64,000 nt of DNA. Origin: Phyllobates terribilis. Its lineage: Eukaryota. A program made the translations under genes and the position numbers. The DNA is taken from the NCBI RefSeq assembly GCF_046119375.1, contig NW_027362916.1, positions 186,001 to 250,000 of the forward strand, read 5' to 3'. The notes under the pieces are model-generated. The model was not told the DNA's origin and searched no databases. It saw nothing but the letters and a program-made list of their open reading frames with translations. Numbering within the stretch: position 1 is the first letter of the stretch; every line of letters begins with the position of its first letter. Shown here piece after piece: positions 9,841-22,269 of the stretch.

Positions 9841-12800
9841 GCATAATGTGAACCTTGTCTGCCTAGGCTGCAGTCCATTGACTCAACAGATGTATGACAC
9901 TGGGCAGCCACGTGTCCTGGATTGTGACACGGCCAACAGATTACATCCTTAACAACAGTCCTTGCGGCACCTTCAGTGGAAGTGGGACGCCCCCCCAGTT
10001 GTGGCTCTGAACCCCTTCCGTAGTAAACCCACCCCCTTTTGGGCACTCCAGTACAGGGAGGGATTTTTCAACCATTTGGTAGCTCTCTACCAGACCCACA
10101 AGGTCGTCGGTGTTCCAAGGGTTGCCCTGGGCAACCCTGATCTGCACTGGCCTGGGTAGGGAATGGATGAACCTGTCCATCACCACATGCTCAACCATCT
10201 GGGCAGGAGAGGAAGACTGTGGCTGCAACCACATCTGGACTAGATGTAGCAAGTCAAACATCTGTGAGCGTGGAGGTCTGTCGCCAGCATACGCCCAGTG
10301 GTGGACCCTTTGCGCTTTGACAGACAGTCACTCCTGAGAGTGCCAATATCTCGGTTTCAATTTGGCGTATTCCTTTGCGTCTTGTAAAGTCAGATCATAA
10401 TAGGCCTTCTGCGGCTCCCCGGGCAAATATGGCACCAAAACCTCCACCCACTGCCCCAGCGGCAATCTCTCCCATTCCGCCACCCTCTCAAAAACAGTCA
10501 GGAACGCCTCAACATCATCCCCCGGGGTCATCTTCTATAATGCTCTCCTTACTCTCTCCAGTAGGTAACTAATTAAAAATAGTTACCTACAGGCCAGCTA
10601 TTTAAAACTGTGGTTGTCCGTCACACGTATCACATATCACTGCGGTTCAAATCCAGCCATTTGTACTGAACGTGGAAAATATATAAAATGGGCAAGGTGC
10701 GGGGCAAGAGACGGGGAAGTGGACGTGATGGTGATGATGGTGCATGCAGAGGACAAGGACAAGGCCATGGGCTAGCTGAAATTGTGCCACAACAAACACC
10801 CACATCTTCTCGCTCGACCTTCCTGTGGCAATTAATAGGGGACCGCAGAACAGCACTATCGAACAAAGATCAGTGTGAAAAGGTTATTGGTTGGATAGCA
10901 GATTCCATGCTTCCAGTCACTTAGCCACCACCACCCTGTCTGCCACACAGTCAAGTCTCAGTAACCGTGAGTCTGGACCGCATATTCCTCACCCTGATCC
11001 TCCTTCCTCCCACCATTCCGAGTGCCTGGAGACAACTGATCCCACACTTGGACAGTCTGAAGAGATGTTCACTATTCCATTTATAGAAATCGGGCCTCTC
11101 CCCCGGTCCACTTGAAGCGGGGCAAGAGGAGATCGCATGTAGCAATGCCCAAATATTTGAGCAGCCACGGTCACACGAAGGCGACGGTGGGAAAGTGTCA
11201 CAAGAGGTGGACGATGATGAGACACAATTGCCAGAAAGTGAGGAGGAGGACCAGGGTGCAGAATTGGAAGACGAGGTGGTGGATGATATAGTAACTGACC
11301 CAACTTGGCAAGAGAACATATAGAGCGAGGACAGCAGCACACGGGGGGGGGGGGGAGGCATAGCACCACAAAAGGCAGGAAGAAGCAGTGTGGTGGCCGC
11401 AGACAGAAGGCGGGCAACCGTTCCCCGTAACATCAACATGACGGACGTTGCCAGTACAACTGTTAGGTCTTTCCGAGTCTGGTTGTTTTTTAACCCCTTA
11501 ACAACATGTGACGTACTAATACGCGTCTGTGCCCTGGGCTTTAAGAGCCAGACCCGTATTAGTACGTCATGGCGATCGCGTGCGCACACAGGCTGTGAGA
11601 GTGCGATCGCCGCCAGGTGTCAGCTGATTGTCACAGCTGAAACTCGGTACTATGTGCAGGGAGCAGTCAAGCACCGCTCCCAGCACATTAACCCCCGCGA
11701 TGCTGCGATCGAAGTCGATCGCAGCATTGCGGTGGCAAGGGGAGGTGATCGCAGATACTCACCTCCTCTTCCGGCTTCCAGCGCTGTCTGCCGTGGCTTC
11801 CAGGATGTTGCCATGACGACCCAATGTCGTCATGACAACATCCGGGTCACCAGACAGCAGGAAGATTTTTTGGACATGCGCAGTGCATCTCCAAACTATC
11901 TTCTCCCTGTCCAGCGCTGACAGCCTGCATGGCACAGGGATGGTGCTGCATTCCTGTGCCATGCAGGCGATCAGAGAAAAAAAAGTGAAAGTCCCATAGT
12001 GGGACAAAGTAATAAAGTATAAAAACTATCAGAAAGTGAAAAAAAAATAAAAAAAAAAAATTGCAAAAATATTTTTTAAAATAATCCACCAAAAATAAAA
12101 ATATAATGTACCCGTCAATAAATATTATTATACAAAAAAAAACAATAAAAGTACACATATTTGGTATCGCAGCGTCCGAAACAACCTGACCTATAAAACT
12201 GTCCCACTAGTTAACCCCTTCAGTGAACACGGTAAAAAAAAAAAAAAAAACGAAGCAAAAAACAAATGCTTTATCACCATACCGCCAAACAAAAAATGGA
12301 ATAACACGCGATCAAAAAGACAACTATAAATAAAAATGGTACCACTGAAAATGTCATCTCGTCCCGCAAAAAACAAGCCACCATACAGCTCCATCAGCCG
12401 AAAAATAAAAAAGTTATAGCTCTCAGAATAAAGCGATGCTAAAAAATATTTTTTTCTATAAAATTGCTTTTATTATGTAAAAGTGCAAAACATAGAAAAA
12501 CTATATAAATGTGGTACCGCTGTACACGTACTGACCCGAAGAATAAAGCTACCATATCAATTTTACCACACGCGGAACAGAATAAAAAAAAACAAAAAAA
12601 ACAATTCCTGAATTGCTGGCTTTTGTTTATTCTGCCTCCCAAAAAATCGGAATAGAAAGCGATCAAAAAATGTCACGTGCCTGAAAATGGCTCCAATAAC
12701 AACGTCAACTCATCCCGCAAAAAACGAGCCGTCACATGACTGTCTGCCAAAATCTGGAAAAATTATAGCTCTCAAAATATGGCGATGCAAAAACTAGATT

Positions 12801-13015
12801 TTACAAAAAATGCGTATTTTAGTGTGTGACAGCTGTCAATCATAAAAACCCCATATGATTCTGGCATTGCTGTAATCACACCGACCTGAAGAATAAAGTC
12901 GTCTAATCACTTATACCGCACGAGGAACGGCGTAAAAAATAAACTCTCGGGTTAGGGTTGGGCTAGGGTTGGGATTTTTTTCAAAAGTAAGAAAAAAAGA
13001 TGACGATATGGCGAC

Positions 13016-13316
13016 TAGTGTTGAGCGCAAGTGCTCGCTACTTGAGTTTGCATCGGGTGTTCTGGTATGCATTGAGTATCGTGGGTATTTGAGTGACATG
13101 CTCGAGTCTCCGCCCCATATGCTTCGCGGCTAAAAAAACTTTGCGGGGATTGCCTGCCATGCACGAGCGATCCCCGCATGTTTTTTTTGGGGTGTCTAAT
13201 AACCATGAAACATGCAGAGCAGGGACTCGAGCATGTCACTCGAGCACACGCTGTACATGGTGCATACCTGAGTACCCGATGCAAACTCAAGTAGCGAGCA
13301 CTTGCGCTGAAGACTA
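13016..13316. mobile_element. Palindromic hAT-type MITE nested in the piggyBac-type element
   Basis: TIR TAGTGTTGAGCGCAAGTGCTCGCTACTTGAGTTTGCATCGGG with its reverse complement at the right end. Possible decayed 8-bp TSD ATGGCGAC/ATGATAAC. Confidence 0.8.
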
Positions 13317-13409
13317 ATGATAACTTATTCAATATGATGACCTAATGTTATCAAATTCTGTGTTGTACCTCTGGGTTCAAAATGTTCACTATACACCTTA
13401 ATAAAATCC

Positions 13410-13900
13410 TTGAGGGGTATAGTTTCCAAAATGGGGTCACTTGTGGGGGAGCTCCAATGTTTGGGCACACAGGGACTCTCCAAATGCAACATGGTATCCG
13501 CTAACAAATTGTCGGCTCAAATTGTTAGCGGACACCATGTTGCGTTTGGAGAGCCCCTGTGTGCCCAAACATTGGAGCTCCCCCACAAGTGACCCCATTT
13601 TGGAAACTAGACCCCCCAAGGCACCTATCTAGATGCATTGTGAGCACTTGGAACCCCCAGTTGCTTCACAAATTGATTCATAAAATTTAAAAAGTGTTTT
13701 TTTTTTCACTTTTTCATTTTTACGAATCAATTTGTGAAGCACCTGGGGGTTCCAAGTGCTCACTATGCATCTAGATAGGTGCCTTGGGGGTCTAGTTTCC
13801 AAAATGGGGTCACTTGTGGGGGAGCTCCAATATTTGGGCACACAGGGGCTCTCCAAACGCAACATGGCGTCCGCTAATTATTCAAGCAAATTTTACAATC
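13410..13900. repeat. Alternating inverted repeats (two back-to-back hairpins)
   Basis: Unit CCAAAATGGGGTCACTTGTGGGGGAGCTCC...CAACATGG occurs forward (about 13425), reversed (about 13535-13610) and forward (about 13800). Hairpin centres at about 13510 and 13705. Confidence 0.85.
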
Positions 13901-15281
13901 AAAAAGTCAAATGGCGCTCCTTCCCTTCCGAGCCCTGCCGTGCGCCCAAACAGTGTTTTTTCCCCACATATGGGGTATCTGCGTGCCCAGGGGAAATTGC
14001 ACAACAAATTTTGGGGTCCATTTTTTCTTGTTACCCCTGTGAAAATAAAAAAAATTGGGTATAAAGTAACATTTTTGTGAAAAAAGCTAAATGTTCATTT
14101 TTTTCTTCCACATTCCAAAAATTCCTGTGAAGCACCTGAAGGGTTAATAAAGTTCTTGAATGTGGTTTTGAGCACCTTGAGGGGTGCAGTTTTTAGAATG
14201 GTGTCACTTTTGGGTATTTTCTGTCATAAAGACCTCTCAACGTGACTTCAAATGTGATGTGGTCCCTAAAAAAATGGTTTTGTAAATTTTGTTGGAAAAA
14301 TGAGAAATCGCTGGTCAACTTTTAACCCTTATAGCTCCCTAACAAAATAAAATTTTGGTTCCAAAATTGTGCTGATGTAAAGTAAACATGTGGGAAATGT
14401 TATTTATTAACTCTTTTGTGTGACATATCTCTCTGATTTAAGGGCATAAAAATTCAAATTTTGAAAATTGCAAAATTTTCAAAATGTTCGCCAAATTTCC
14501 GTTTTTTTCACAAATAAACGCAAGTGATATCGAAGAAATTTTACCACAATCATGAAGTACAATATGTCACGAAAAAACAGTCTCAGAATCAGGGGGATCC
14601 GTTGAAGCGTTCCAGAGTAATTACCTCATAAAGTGACAGTGGTCAGAATTGTAAAAATTGGCCTGGTCATTAACGTGCAAACCACCCTCGGGGGTTAAGG
14701 GGTTAAAGACTCTGCCGATAACCCCATAAAGGCCATTTGCACCACCTGCCAGGCCAGCATCAGTAGAGGTAGCAAAACTACCAGCCTGACCACCACAAGC
14801 ATGATCAGGAAGATGGCAGCAAAGCATCTGACTAAGTGGCCCAAATCCAAGGGTCCAGGAACAGTGTCTGCGGGTGACATCACTGCTTCTTCCGCTGTTG
14901 TGCATGCAAACCAATCCTCTGTCCATGGCGCATGTGAAGATGCCTTACACCGGTCATTGCACACTCAACTAGCACCATCAGCAAGCACGTCCACGTCCTT
15001 GTCCCAGCGTAGCGTTCAGTTGTCAATACCCCAGTCCTTGGAACGCAAACGCAAATAAGGAGCCAACGTCTCATAGGCCACACTACTAAATTCACATATT
15101 TTGCGACTGCTTGCGCTCAAAATGTTGCCCTTTAGGCTCGTGGAGACGGCAGCTTTCTGTTACCTGATGAAGGCGGCCGTCCCTTGGTACTCGGTCCCCA
15201 GCCACCACTATTTCTCCCCGTGTGTCGTCACCGCATTACACAAGCACGTGTCCATCGTTAGCCGTGCCCTCAACAATGTAG

Positions 15282-18200
15282 TTACGGGGAAAGTCCACCT
15301 AACCACGGACAAGTGCTTCTGGGCAGGGACGGACCTTGGGACGGAACACGTCCAAACAATATTTTTGCTTTAGGAGCAGTTCGTTTTTTAATGCTTATTT
15401 TGTGACTTTGATTTTCCTTATTAGTCAGTAATGAATGAAAAGACAGGACCTGTTTCAAAGGATCTTTGCTGTGAAGAGATGATGGTATATCTGGAGTAAT
15501 GTCATTCGCTTCAATTGTATCCTGTGGGATCTCAAGATCATCAGATTTAAAAATTGCAGATGTCAGCTGTCCCTCTGATCTCCTGGTACAGTCATCTGCC
15601 AAGGATAAAACAAATTATTATATTTTGAATAAAATATCCTTGAATTTTATATTTTTGAACATTTCTACTTAATGTGATTGTAGAAATGGCAAGTTATTTA
15701 AAAATGTTAAATTATTCTCCAAGACAATGACAGTTCACAGTCTAATAGAAAACCTCATAGGATGAACCAGTAGAGCGTGGTGTCCAACTGATTGTTCATT
15801 CTGCCTCCCAAATATGGAATAAAAAGCCACCAAACAATGTTATGTAGGTGAAATAATACCAATAAAAACTTCTACTCATCTCACAAAAAACAAGTCCCCA
15901 CTCAGGTTCATCATCTGTCAGTGGAAAACCAGAAGTTTCCACATTATTAGTGGCTCAAAGGCTTTTGAAAAGCAACATGGCTTCCATAACCCAATCCAGC
16001 AATATCCGCTCTCCCAAAGTCAAATCCCCCCCACACTTCTGAGCCTTGCAGTGCGCCCAAACCACATTCAGCATCCATGTATTTGGCATTACTATAGTGA
16101 GAAGAACCCACTTAATTTATGGTGTGTGTCTCCTGGAGCACAATCTGGACACTATGTGTTGGACAATAAAATGGTCTATTTGCAATTTTCACTCTCAAAC
16201 ATCCCCATATCAAAGTTTAAATCACGCCCCTTTCACCTCATTTAAACTAAATCAATAAAAAAAAACACACACATATTTGGTGTCGCTGCGTTCAGAATCG
16301 CCCGACCAATATAAAGAAATAATTAATCCGATCGGTAAACGGCGTAACGAGAAAAAAATGCCAGAATTATGTTTTTTTGGTCGCCGCAACATTGCAATAA
16401 AATGCAATAATGGGCGATCAAAACATCGGATCTACCCCTAAAATTGAATCAATAAAAACATCAGCTCGGCGCCCAAAAAACTAATCCCTCACTCGACCCC
16501 AGATAACGAAAAATGGAGACGCAACTGTGAAATTGCATTTTATTTTGCAATTTAACCGCACTTGGATTTTTTTCTCCCCACTTTCTAGTACATGATATGG
16601 TAAAAGCGAAAAATAAAAAAAGTTATGGCTCTGGGAACAAGGGGAGCAAAAAACGAAAACGCAAAATGCTTTGGTCATGAAGGGGTTAAAGACTACCAGG
16701 GAGTTACACACTTATAGTGAGGCCGGCCGATCCCACCACAATCAAACTATCAAATCAGAATGAATGTGTATTTATCGCAATGTAATGCTATCGCAATCCT
16801 GTTTGAAGTTAGTTGGTTTTAAAAGAGATTGAAAAGTCAGGATAAAGAGAAACTCTGTAGTTATTGTACAGAAATTCACACTTGGCCCTCATTGTACATT
16901 TAATGTTGTCGATAATAAAAGTGAAGTTTGGCCAGAAAGACTGGACCTGGTCTTGTAGGGACCATATGAGCACATTCAGCAGCACAGAAGGGAGAGAAGG
17001 TAGATTCATCCAATAAGATATCAGGGATCTAGGAAGCCAACAGCATCATTACCCTCCACTTTCTCTACAGGCCCATCACAATATTTTTCTTCAAGTGATT
17101 TTCTAGCTTGTCAGCACATTCTAAGTACGCTGTCATTCGGCTTTATAGTTTACAGATCTGGGCAGGTAACGGTCAGCGTCTCCTAATCCCAGGGGGTAGG
17201 TGGATCCTCCAGGTTGTAAGTTCTATAGAAAAGGGCTTTCAATGTCCACAGTCATTTGAACAGTTTTGGGTGGAGGAGAATGTTGTGATCTAGAGGCAAA
17301 ATGGTGATCACACGATTGTGATACGGCCGGACTACACCACTGATAAAGCAGCCACAGCCGGTGACAGAGAAGAATCTGTGACTTCTCTGCATTTAGTGGT
17401 TACTACTCACCTGGGTGGTCATATGTAGGAATCTCCTCTTTAAACCGCTCATCACCCCTCACATATGTCTCTGTAGTATTAATATGGGTCAGATCTTCAC
17501 CCTGAAACAAATATTGTAATAGTCACAGACAGATGGAGAAGTCCCATCTATGATCAGCTCTAATCCTGCCATCTCCACCGTTCTCATTACACAAGTATAA
17601 AACATATAATACTGGTGGATAAAACAAGACTGAGCACAAGACCTTCACAGCCGTCTACACATCATAGGGGAGATCTCATGACACCTTCTCTCCATCTACC
17701 TGATGATCCTGAGGAACATTGGGGTCTCCTTGTTTAAAGTCCTGTGGAAGAAGAGGACGGGGACATCTCTCTGGTGTTGTCCTCTTACTGGATAGATCTG
17801 GAGGAAACACATACAGGGACTGAATTCATTCTTTACATACAGATAATTATAGGCCGTGTGTATTTAGTCCTGTCTATTACCTGGTGATGTGAAGGGCTGG
17901 GGAACCTCCATCATGATGTCCTTGTACAGATCTTTGTGTCCTTCTAAATACTCCCACTCCTCCATGGAGAAATAGACAGTGACATCCTGACACCTTATAG
18001 GAACCTGACACATACAATGATACCATCATCCCCCCGATCCCTCCATAGTGTTACTGTATAATGTCCCAGCATTCCCAGCAGTGTCACCTCTCCAGTCAGC
18101 AGCTCAATCATCTTGTAGGTGAGTTCTACGATCTTCTGGGCATTGATGTCCTCATGTATCAGGGGGTGAGGTGGAGGCCATGTGATTGTGCTCAGGGGTC

Positions 18201-18474
18201 TTTCCCATCCCTCAGACACAGGGTCCTGACAGCGCTCACTAGAGGTCTTCTTCACTAATGTGTAATCCTGGTTATGGAGAGACACATTAATAAATCTCAC
18301 TTCAGACATTTCCAGAGCCCTCACCTCTCCAGTTCTGTCCATCTGTTATTCCCATAGATAAGAATGATGTAATGTGACGTCATCAGAATCTCTCACCTCT
18401 CCAGTAAGCCGGAAGAGGATCTCTAGGGTGAGGTGGAATATCCTCTCCACCATCTTGTCTCTGTCCATATCCAT
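15282..18474 (-). CDS. FAX/KRAB-like zinc-finger gene copy 1, lacking the C2H2 array (potential 294-aa KRAB-only product or pseudogene)
   Basis: Exons 18474-18397, 18267-18088, 18004-17881 (KRAB-A-like [15 protein letters not shown]), 17797-17700, 17501-17411 and 15595-15282, all with GT-AG and consistent phase. Homology to copy 2 ends at about 15364 (KRTAPKAK), then reads into hAT antisense sequence to a stop. Confidence 0.8.
16205..16685. mobile_element. Partial piggyBac-type MITE in the last intron of copy 1
   Basis: Ends GAAGGGG-TTAA (16686-16689), resembles 12100-12700 internally, and is absent from the paralogous intron of copy 2. Left boundary approximate. Confidence 0.6.
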
Positions 18475-18780
18475 CTTTGATGGATAAATCAGGAAAATTC
18501 TCTTATATAGAAGATATTCACTGAGAGGATTCGATATTGTAGAGACCTAAATGAGAAGAAGATGAGCCGATGTAACAAGTAGATGTAAAAAAGATTAATA
18601 AATACTGTAAATTAAAGAGATATTCATTACATGTGACATGAGAAATGAAATACCTACAATCGCAATCTTAAGGCTTATATTCATCATATCAACCCAAATA
18701 TAACAAGTAGAACAAAAAATAACATATGATAGTAATAAGACAACACAGGTAGGAAAACGGGGGCACACCCGGTATACATA

Positions 18781-20346
18781 CAGGTGCATCTCACTAAATT
18801 AGAACATCAGCAAAAAGTTACTTTATTTCAGTTCTTCAATACAAAAAGTGAAACTCCTATATTATATAGAGTCATTACAGACAGAGAGATCTATTTCAAG
18901 CGTTTATTTCTGTTAATGTTGATGATTATGGCTTACAGCCAATGAAAACACAAAAGTCATTATCTCAGTAAATTAGAATACTTTATAACATCAGCTTGAA
19001 AAATGCTTTTAAAATCCGAACTGTTGTCCTACTGAAATGTATGTTCAGTAAATGCCCTCAATACTTGGTCGGGGCTCCTTGTGCATAAATTACTGCATCA
19101 ATGCGGCAATGTGGCATGGAGGCGATCAGCCTGTGGCCCTGCTGAGGTGTTATGGAAGCCCAGGTGGCTTTGATAGCAGCCTTCAGCTCATCTGCATTGT
19201 TGGGTCTGGTGTCTCATCTTCCTCTTGACAATACCCCATAGATTCTCTATAATAGATTCTCTATGGGGTTAAGGTCAGGCGAGTTTGCAGCCAATCAAGC
19301 ACAGTGATACTGTTGTGTGTAAACCAGGTATTGGTACTTTTGGCAGTGTGGACAGGGGCCAAGTCCTGCTGGAGAATGAAATATCCATCTCCAAAAAGCT
19401 TGTTGGCAGAGGGAAGCAAGAAGCGCTCTAAAATTTCCTGGTAGACGGCTGCGCTGACTTTGGTCTTGATAACTCACAGTGGACCTCCACCAGCAGATGA
19501 CATGGCCCCCCAAACCATCACTGATTGTGGAAACTTCACATTAGACCTCAAGCAGCTTGGATTGTGGCCTCTCCACTCTTCCTCCAGACTCTGGGACCTT
19601 GATTTCCAAACGAAATGCAAAATTTACTTTTCATCTGAAAACAACACCTTGGACCACTGTGCATCAGTCCAGGTCTTTTTCTCCTTGGCCCAGGTAAGAC
19701 GCTTCTGGCGGTGTCTATTGGTCATGAGTGGCTTGACACAAGGAATGCGACACTTGTAGCCCATGTCCTGGATACGTCTGTGTGTGGTGGCTCTTGAAGA
19801 AATGACTCCAGCAGCAATCCACTCCTTGTGAATCTCTCACAAATTTTTTGACTGGCCTTTTCTTAACAATCCTTTCAAGGCTGTGGTTATCCCGGTTGCT
19901 TGTGCACCTTTTCCTACCACACTTTTTCCTTTCAGTCAATTTTCCATTAATATGCTTGGATACAGCACTCTGTGAACAGCCAGCTTCTTCAGCAATTTTG
20001 TGGCTTACCCTCATTGTGGAGTGTGTCAATGTCTGCCTTCTGGACATCTGTCATGTCAGCAGTCTTCCCCATGATTGTGGAGCCTACTGAAACAGACTAA
20101 GGGACCTTTATAAATGCTTTAGGAAGCCTTTGCAGGTGTTTTTTGTTAATTATTCTAATTTACTGAAATAAAGACTTTTGTGTTTTCATTGGCTGTAAGC
20201 CATAATCATCAACATTAACAGAAATAAAAACTTGAAATAGATCACTCTGTAATGACTCTATATAATATATGAGCTTCACTTTTTGTATTGAAGAACTGAA
20301 ATAAATTAACTTTTTGATGATATTCTAATTTTGTGAGAAGCACCAG
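18781..20346 (-). mobile_element. Full-length Tc1 transposon, degenerate transposase
   Basis: About 200-bp TIRs, CAGGTGCATCTCAC...GAGAAGCACCAG, with TA flanks (18779-80, 20347-48). Minus-strand transposase fragments include SQSAVSKHINGKL..CGRKRCTS and frameshifted DDE segments. Confidence 0.92.
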
Positions 20347-20590
20347 TATATGATAAAGAGCTAAAAAGAAAGAGCCAGTAGGCGCAAATAGATAATCAAA
20401 TATAGGTGCAGGCCCCTGAACATATACTCTGTATAGACAAGACCCCAAAGGGAGAGAAGGCAAAAGGAGAGAAGACGTTCCAAGGGGCGCACCTACTAGC
20501 TGTTTCTATTTTCTTCTATTTAGCTCTGTCATATATCAGGACTGTGTAAGTAGCAGCCCACAGAAAGGGACAGACAGAGACCATAACCTA

Positions 20591-21510
20591 TGGGAGCTAA
20601 TGCAGGGGCCATTATACAGTGTGGGAGCTAATGTGGGGGCCATTATACAGCGTGAGAACTAATGTGGGGGCCATTATACAGTGTGGGAGCTAATGCGGGG
20701 GCCATTATACAGCATGGGAGCTAATGTGGGGGCCATTATACAGCATGGGAGCTAATGTGGGGGCCATTATACAGCATGGGAGCTAATGTGGGGGCCATTA
20801 TACAGTGTGGGAGCTAATGCAGGGGCCATTATACAGCATGGGAGCTAATGTGGGGGCCATTATACAGCGTGGGCACTAATGCGGGGGCCATTATACAGTG
20901 TGATAGCTATTGCGGGTGCTATTATACAGTGTGGGCACTTATGCGGGGGTCATTATACAGCGTGAGAGCTAATGCGGGTGTCATTATACAGCATGGGCAC
21001 TAATGCTGGGGCCATTATACCGCGTAAGAGCTAATGCGGGGGCCATTATACAGTGTGATAGCTATTGCGGGTGCTATTATACAGTGTGGGCACTTATGCG
21101 GGGGTCATTATACCGCGTGAGAGCTAATGCGGGTGCCATCATAAAGTGTGGGAGCCAATGCGGGAGCCATTATACAGCGTGGGAGTCAATGTGGATGCCA
21201 TTAGACATCGTGGGAGCTAATGTGGGGGTCATTATATAGCATGGGAGCCAATGCGGGGGCCATTATACAGCGTGAGAGCTAATGTGGGGGCCATTATACA
21301 GCATGAGCGCAAATGTGGGGGCCATTGTACAGCATCAGATCTATTGCGGGGACCATAATACAGTGTTGGAGCTAATGCGAGGGCCATTATACAGTTTGAA
21401 GGCTACTGGGGGACGATCATACAGTATGGGGTCCTATACACAGTGTGGGAGTTACTGTGGGGGGCTTTATGCAATGTGGGAGCTACTGGTGGAACCATTA
21501 AAGAGTGTGG
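20591..21510. repeat. 31-bp minisatellite, decaying rightwards
   Basis: Unit GGGGGCCATTATACAGYRTGGGAGCTAATGY, about 30 copies. Confidence 0.9.
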
Positions 21511-21979
21511 AGGCTACTGTGAAGACATTTTACTATGTAAGGAGCACAGCAGTGGCCTTATTATGTGGGGCAGTGAGAGGATCACTGCTTTTATACCACA
21601 CAGCACGTGCAGTAAAAGGGACACATACGGCAGCGGCGGCTCAGCATTGGGGTATCGTCAGGATGAGGGGATTGTTCAGGTTGGCAATAGATGGGAATGG
21701 TGGTGAGGAGTCAGATGTGTCTGTGCTGTAAGCTCTTCAGATCAGTCCTGTCTGGAGAAATCGCAATGTCTTTCTGAGAAAGATGGAAAAGTGAACGACT
21801 CCATCAGAAAGAACGTCAGCTGTGATCATCTGTAACTGTGCTGTATAGTCTATAAGTCCTGCAGGACCGGTATCTACCACTAGATGTCACTGTATGGCGG
21901 GAATAGTGTTGGGCTTTGTGGAGATTTTTCTTTTAGTTACACTGCGGTCATCTGCGGAGGTTCTCCTATACCCACTAAG

Positions 21980-22172
21980 AGGCCACGGCCCCACTAGCAG
22001 TATTCGGTCAGTATTTTTTCTCAGGAGTGGGAGCCAAAACCAGGTGAGGAACAATTGGAGAAAAGGTATAATAGAAACAAGTCACCAATTCTGCATTTAT
22101 CACCCATTCCTGATTTTGACTCCCACTCCTGAGAAAAACACTGACTAAATACTGATAGTGGGGCCGGGGCCT
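21980..22172. mobile_element. Short MITE (Harbinger-like GGCC termini)
   Basis: TIR AGGCCACGGCCCACTAGCAGTATT / AATACTGATAGTGGGGCCGGGGCCT. Internal part is homologous to 52504-52697. Confidence 0.7.
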
Positions 22173-22269
22173 TAGTCTGCACCAGCATAGCTGTAATCAG
22201 GGTTACCAGTAAGGGCCCACTCAGACACTGCGCCCCCTGGAGCTGAACACCTAGATATGCCTCTGCAAG

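Larger units (their letters stand above)
3326..10562 (-). mobile_element. Decayed Gmr1-like Gypsy LTR retrotransposon (gag-SCAN, PR, INT, RT, RH), 5'-truncated and interrupted by a nested LTR element
   Basis: Minus-strand fragments in order: gag/SCAN-like 10531-9941 (MTPGDDVEAFLTVFERVAE), CCHC knuckle (CWPCHNPGHVAAQC), PR about 7010-6700, INT 6440-5431 (FYWPG..YCRSC, TGFSPFELLYG), RT 5077-4500 (SPIVLVPKP, RMPFGL), RNase H 4294-3950 (QTDAS, YLSRKL). A purine tract at 3884-3896 is followed by TGTGACA. Left boundary is uncertain. Confidence 0.9.
11494..14702. mobile_element. Non-autonomous piggyBac-type element (3.2 kb)
   Basis: TTAA TSD (11490-11493, 14703-14706) and terminal CCCCTTAAC...GTTAAGGGG. 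No transposase ORF. The interrupted BED coding sequence rejoins exactly. Confidence 0.85.
10563..15363 (+). mobile_element. Decayed hAT (ZBED-like) transposase relic, split by a piggyBac-type insertion and truncated at both ends
   Basis: Acidic N-terminus 10688-11400. The BED finger rejoins across the TTAA insertion (RVWLFF|KDSADNPIKAICTTC...MIRKMAAKH). LLALKMLPFRLVET...KVHLTTD at 15101-15310. Confidence 0.85.

Noticed and set aside
10951-11920. ORFs of 212, 142 and 176 aa around the hAT/piggyBac junction
   Set aside because: Antisense or chimeric readings of decayed transposon sequence.
12949-12973. Short TTAGGG-like run
   Set aside because: About four imperfect units inside a transposon; too short to call an interstitial telomere.
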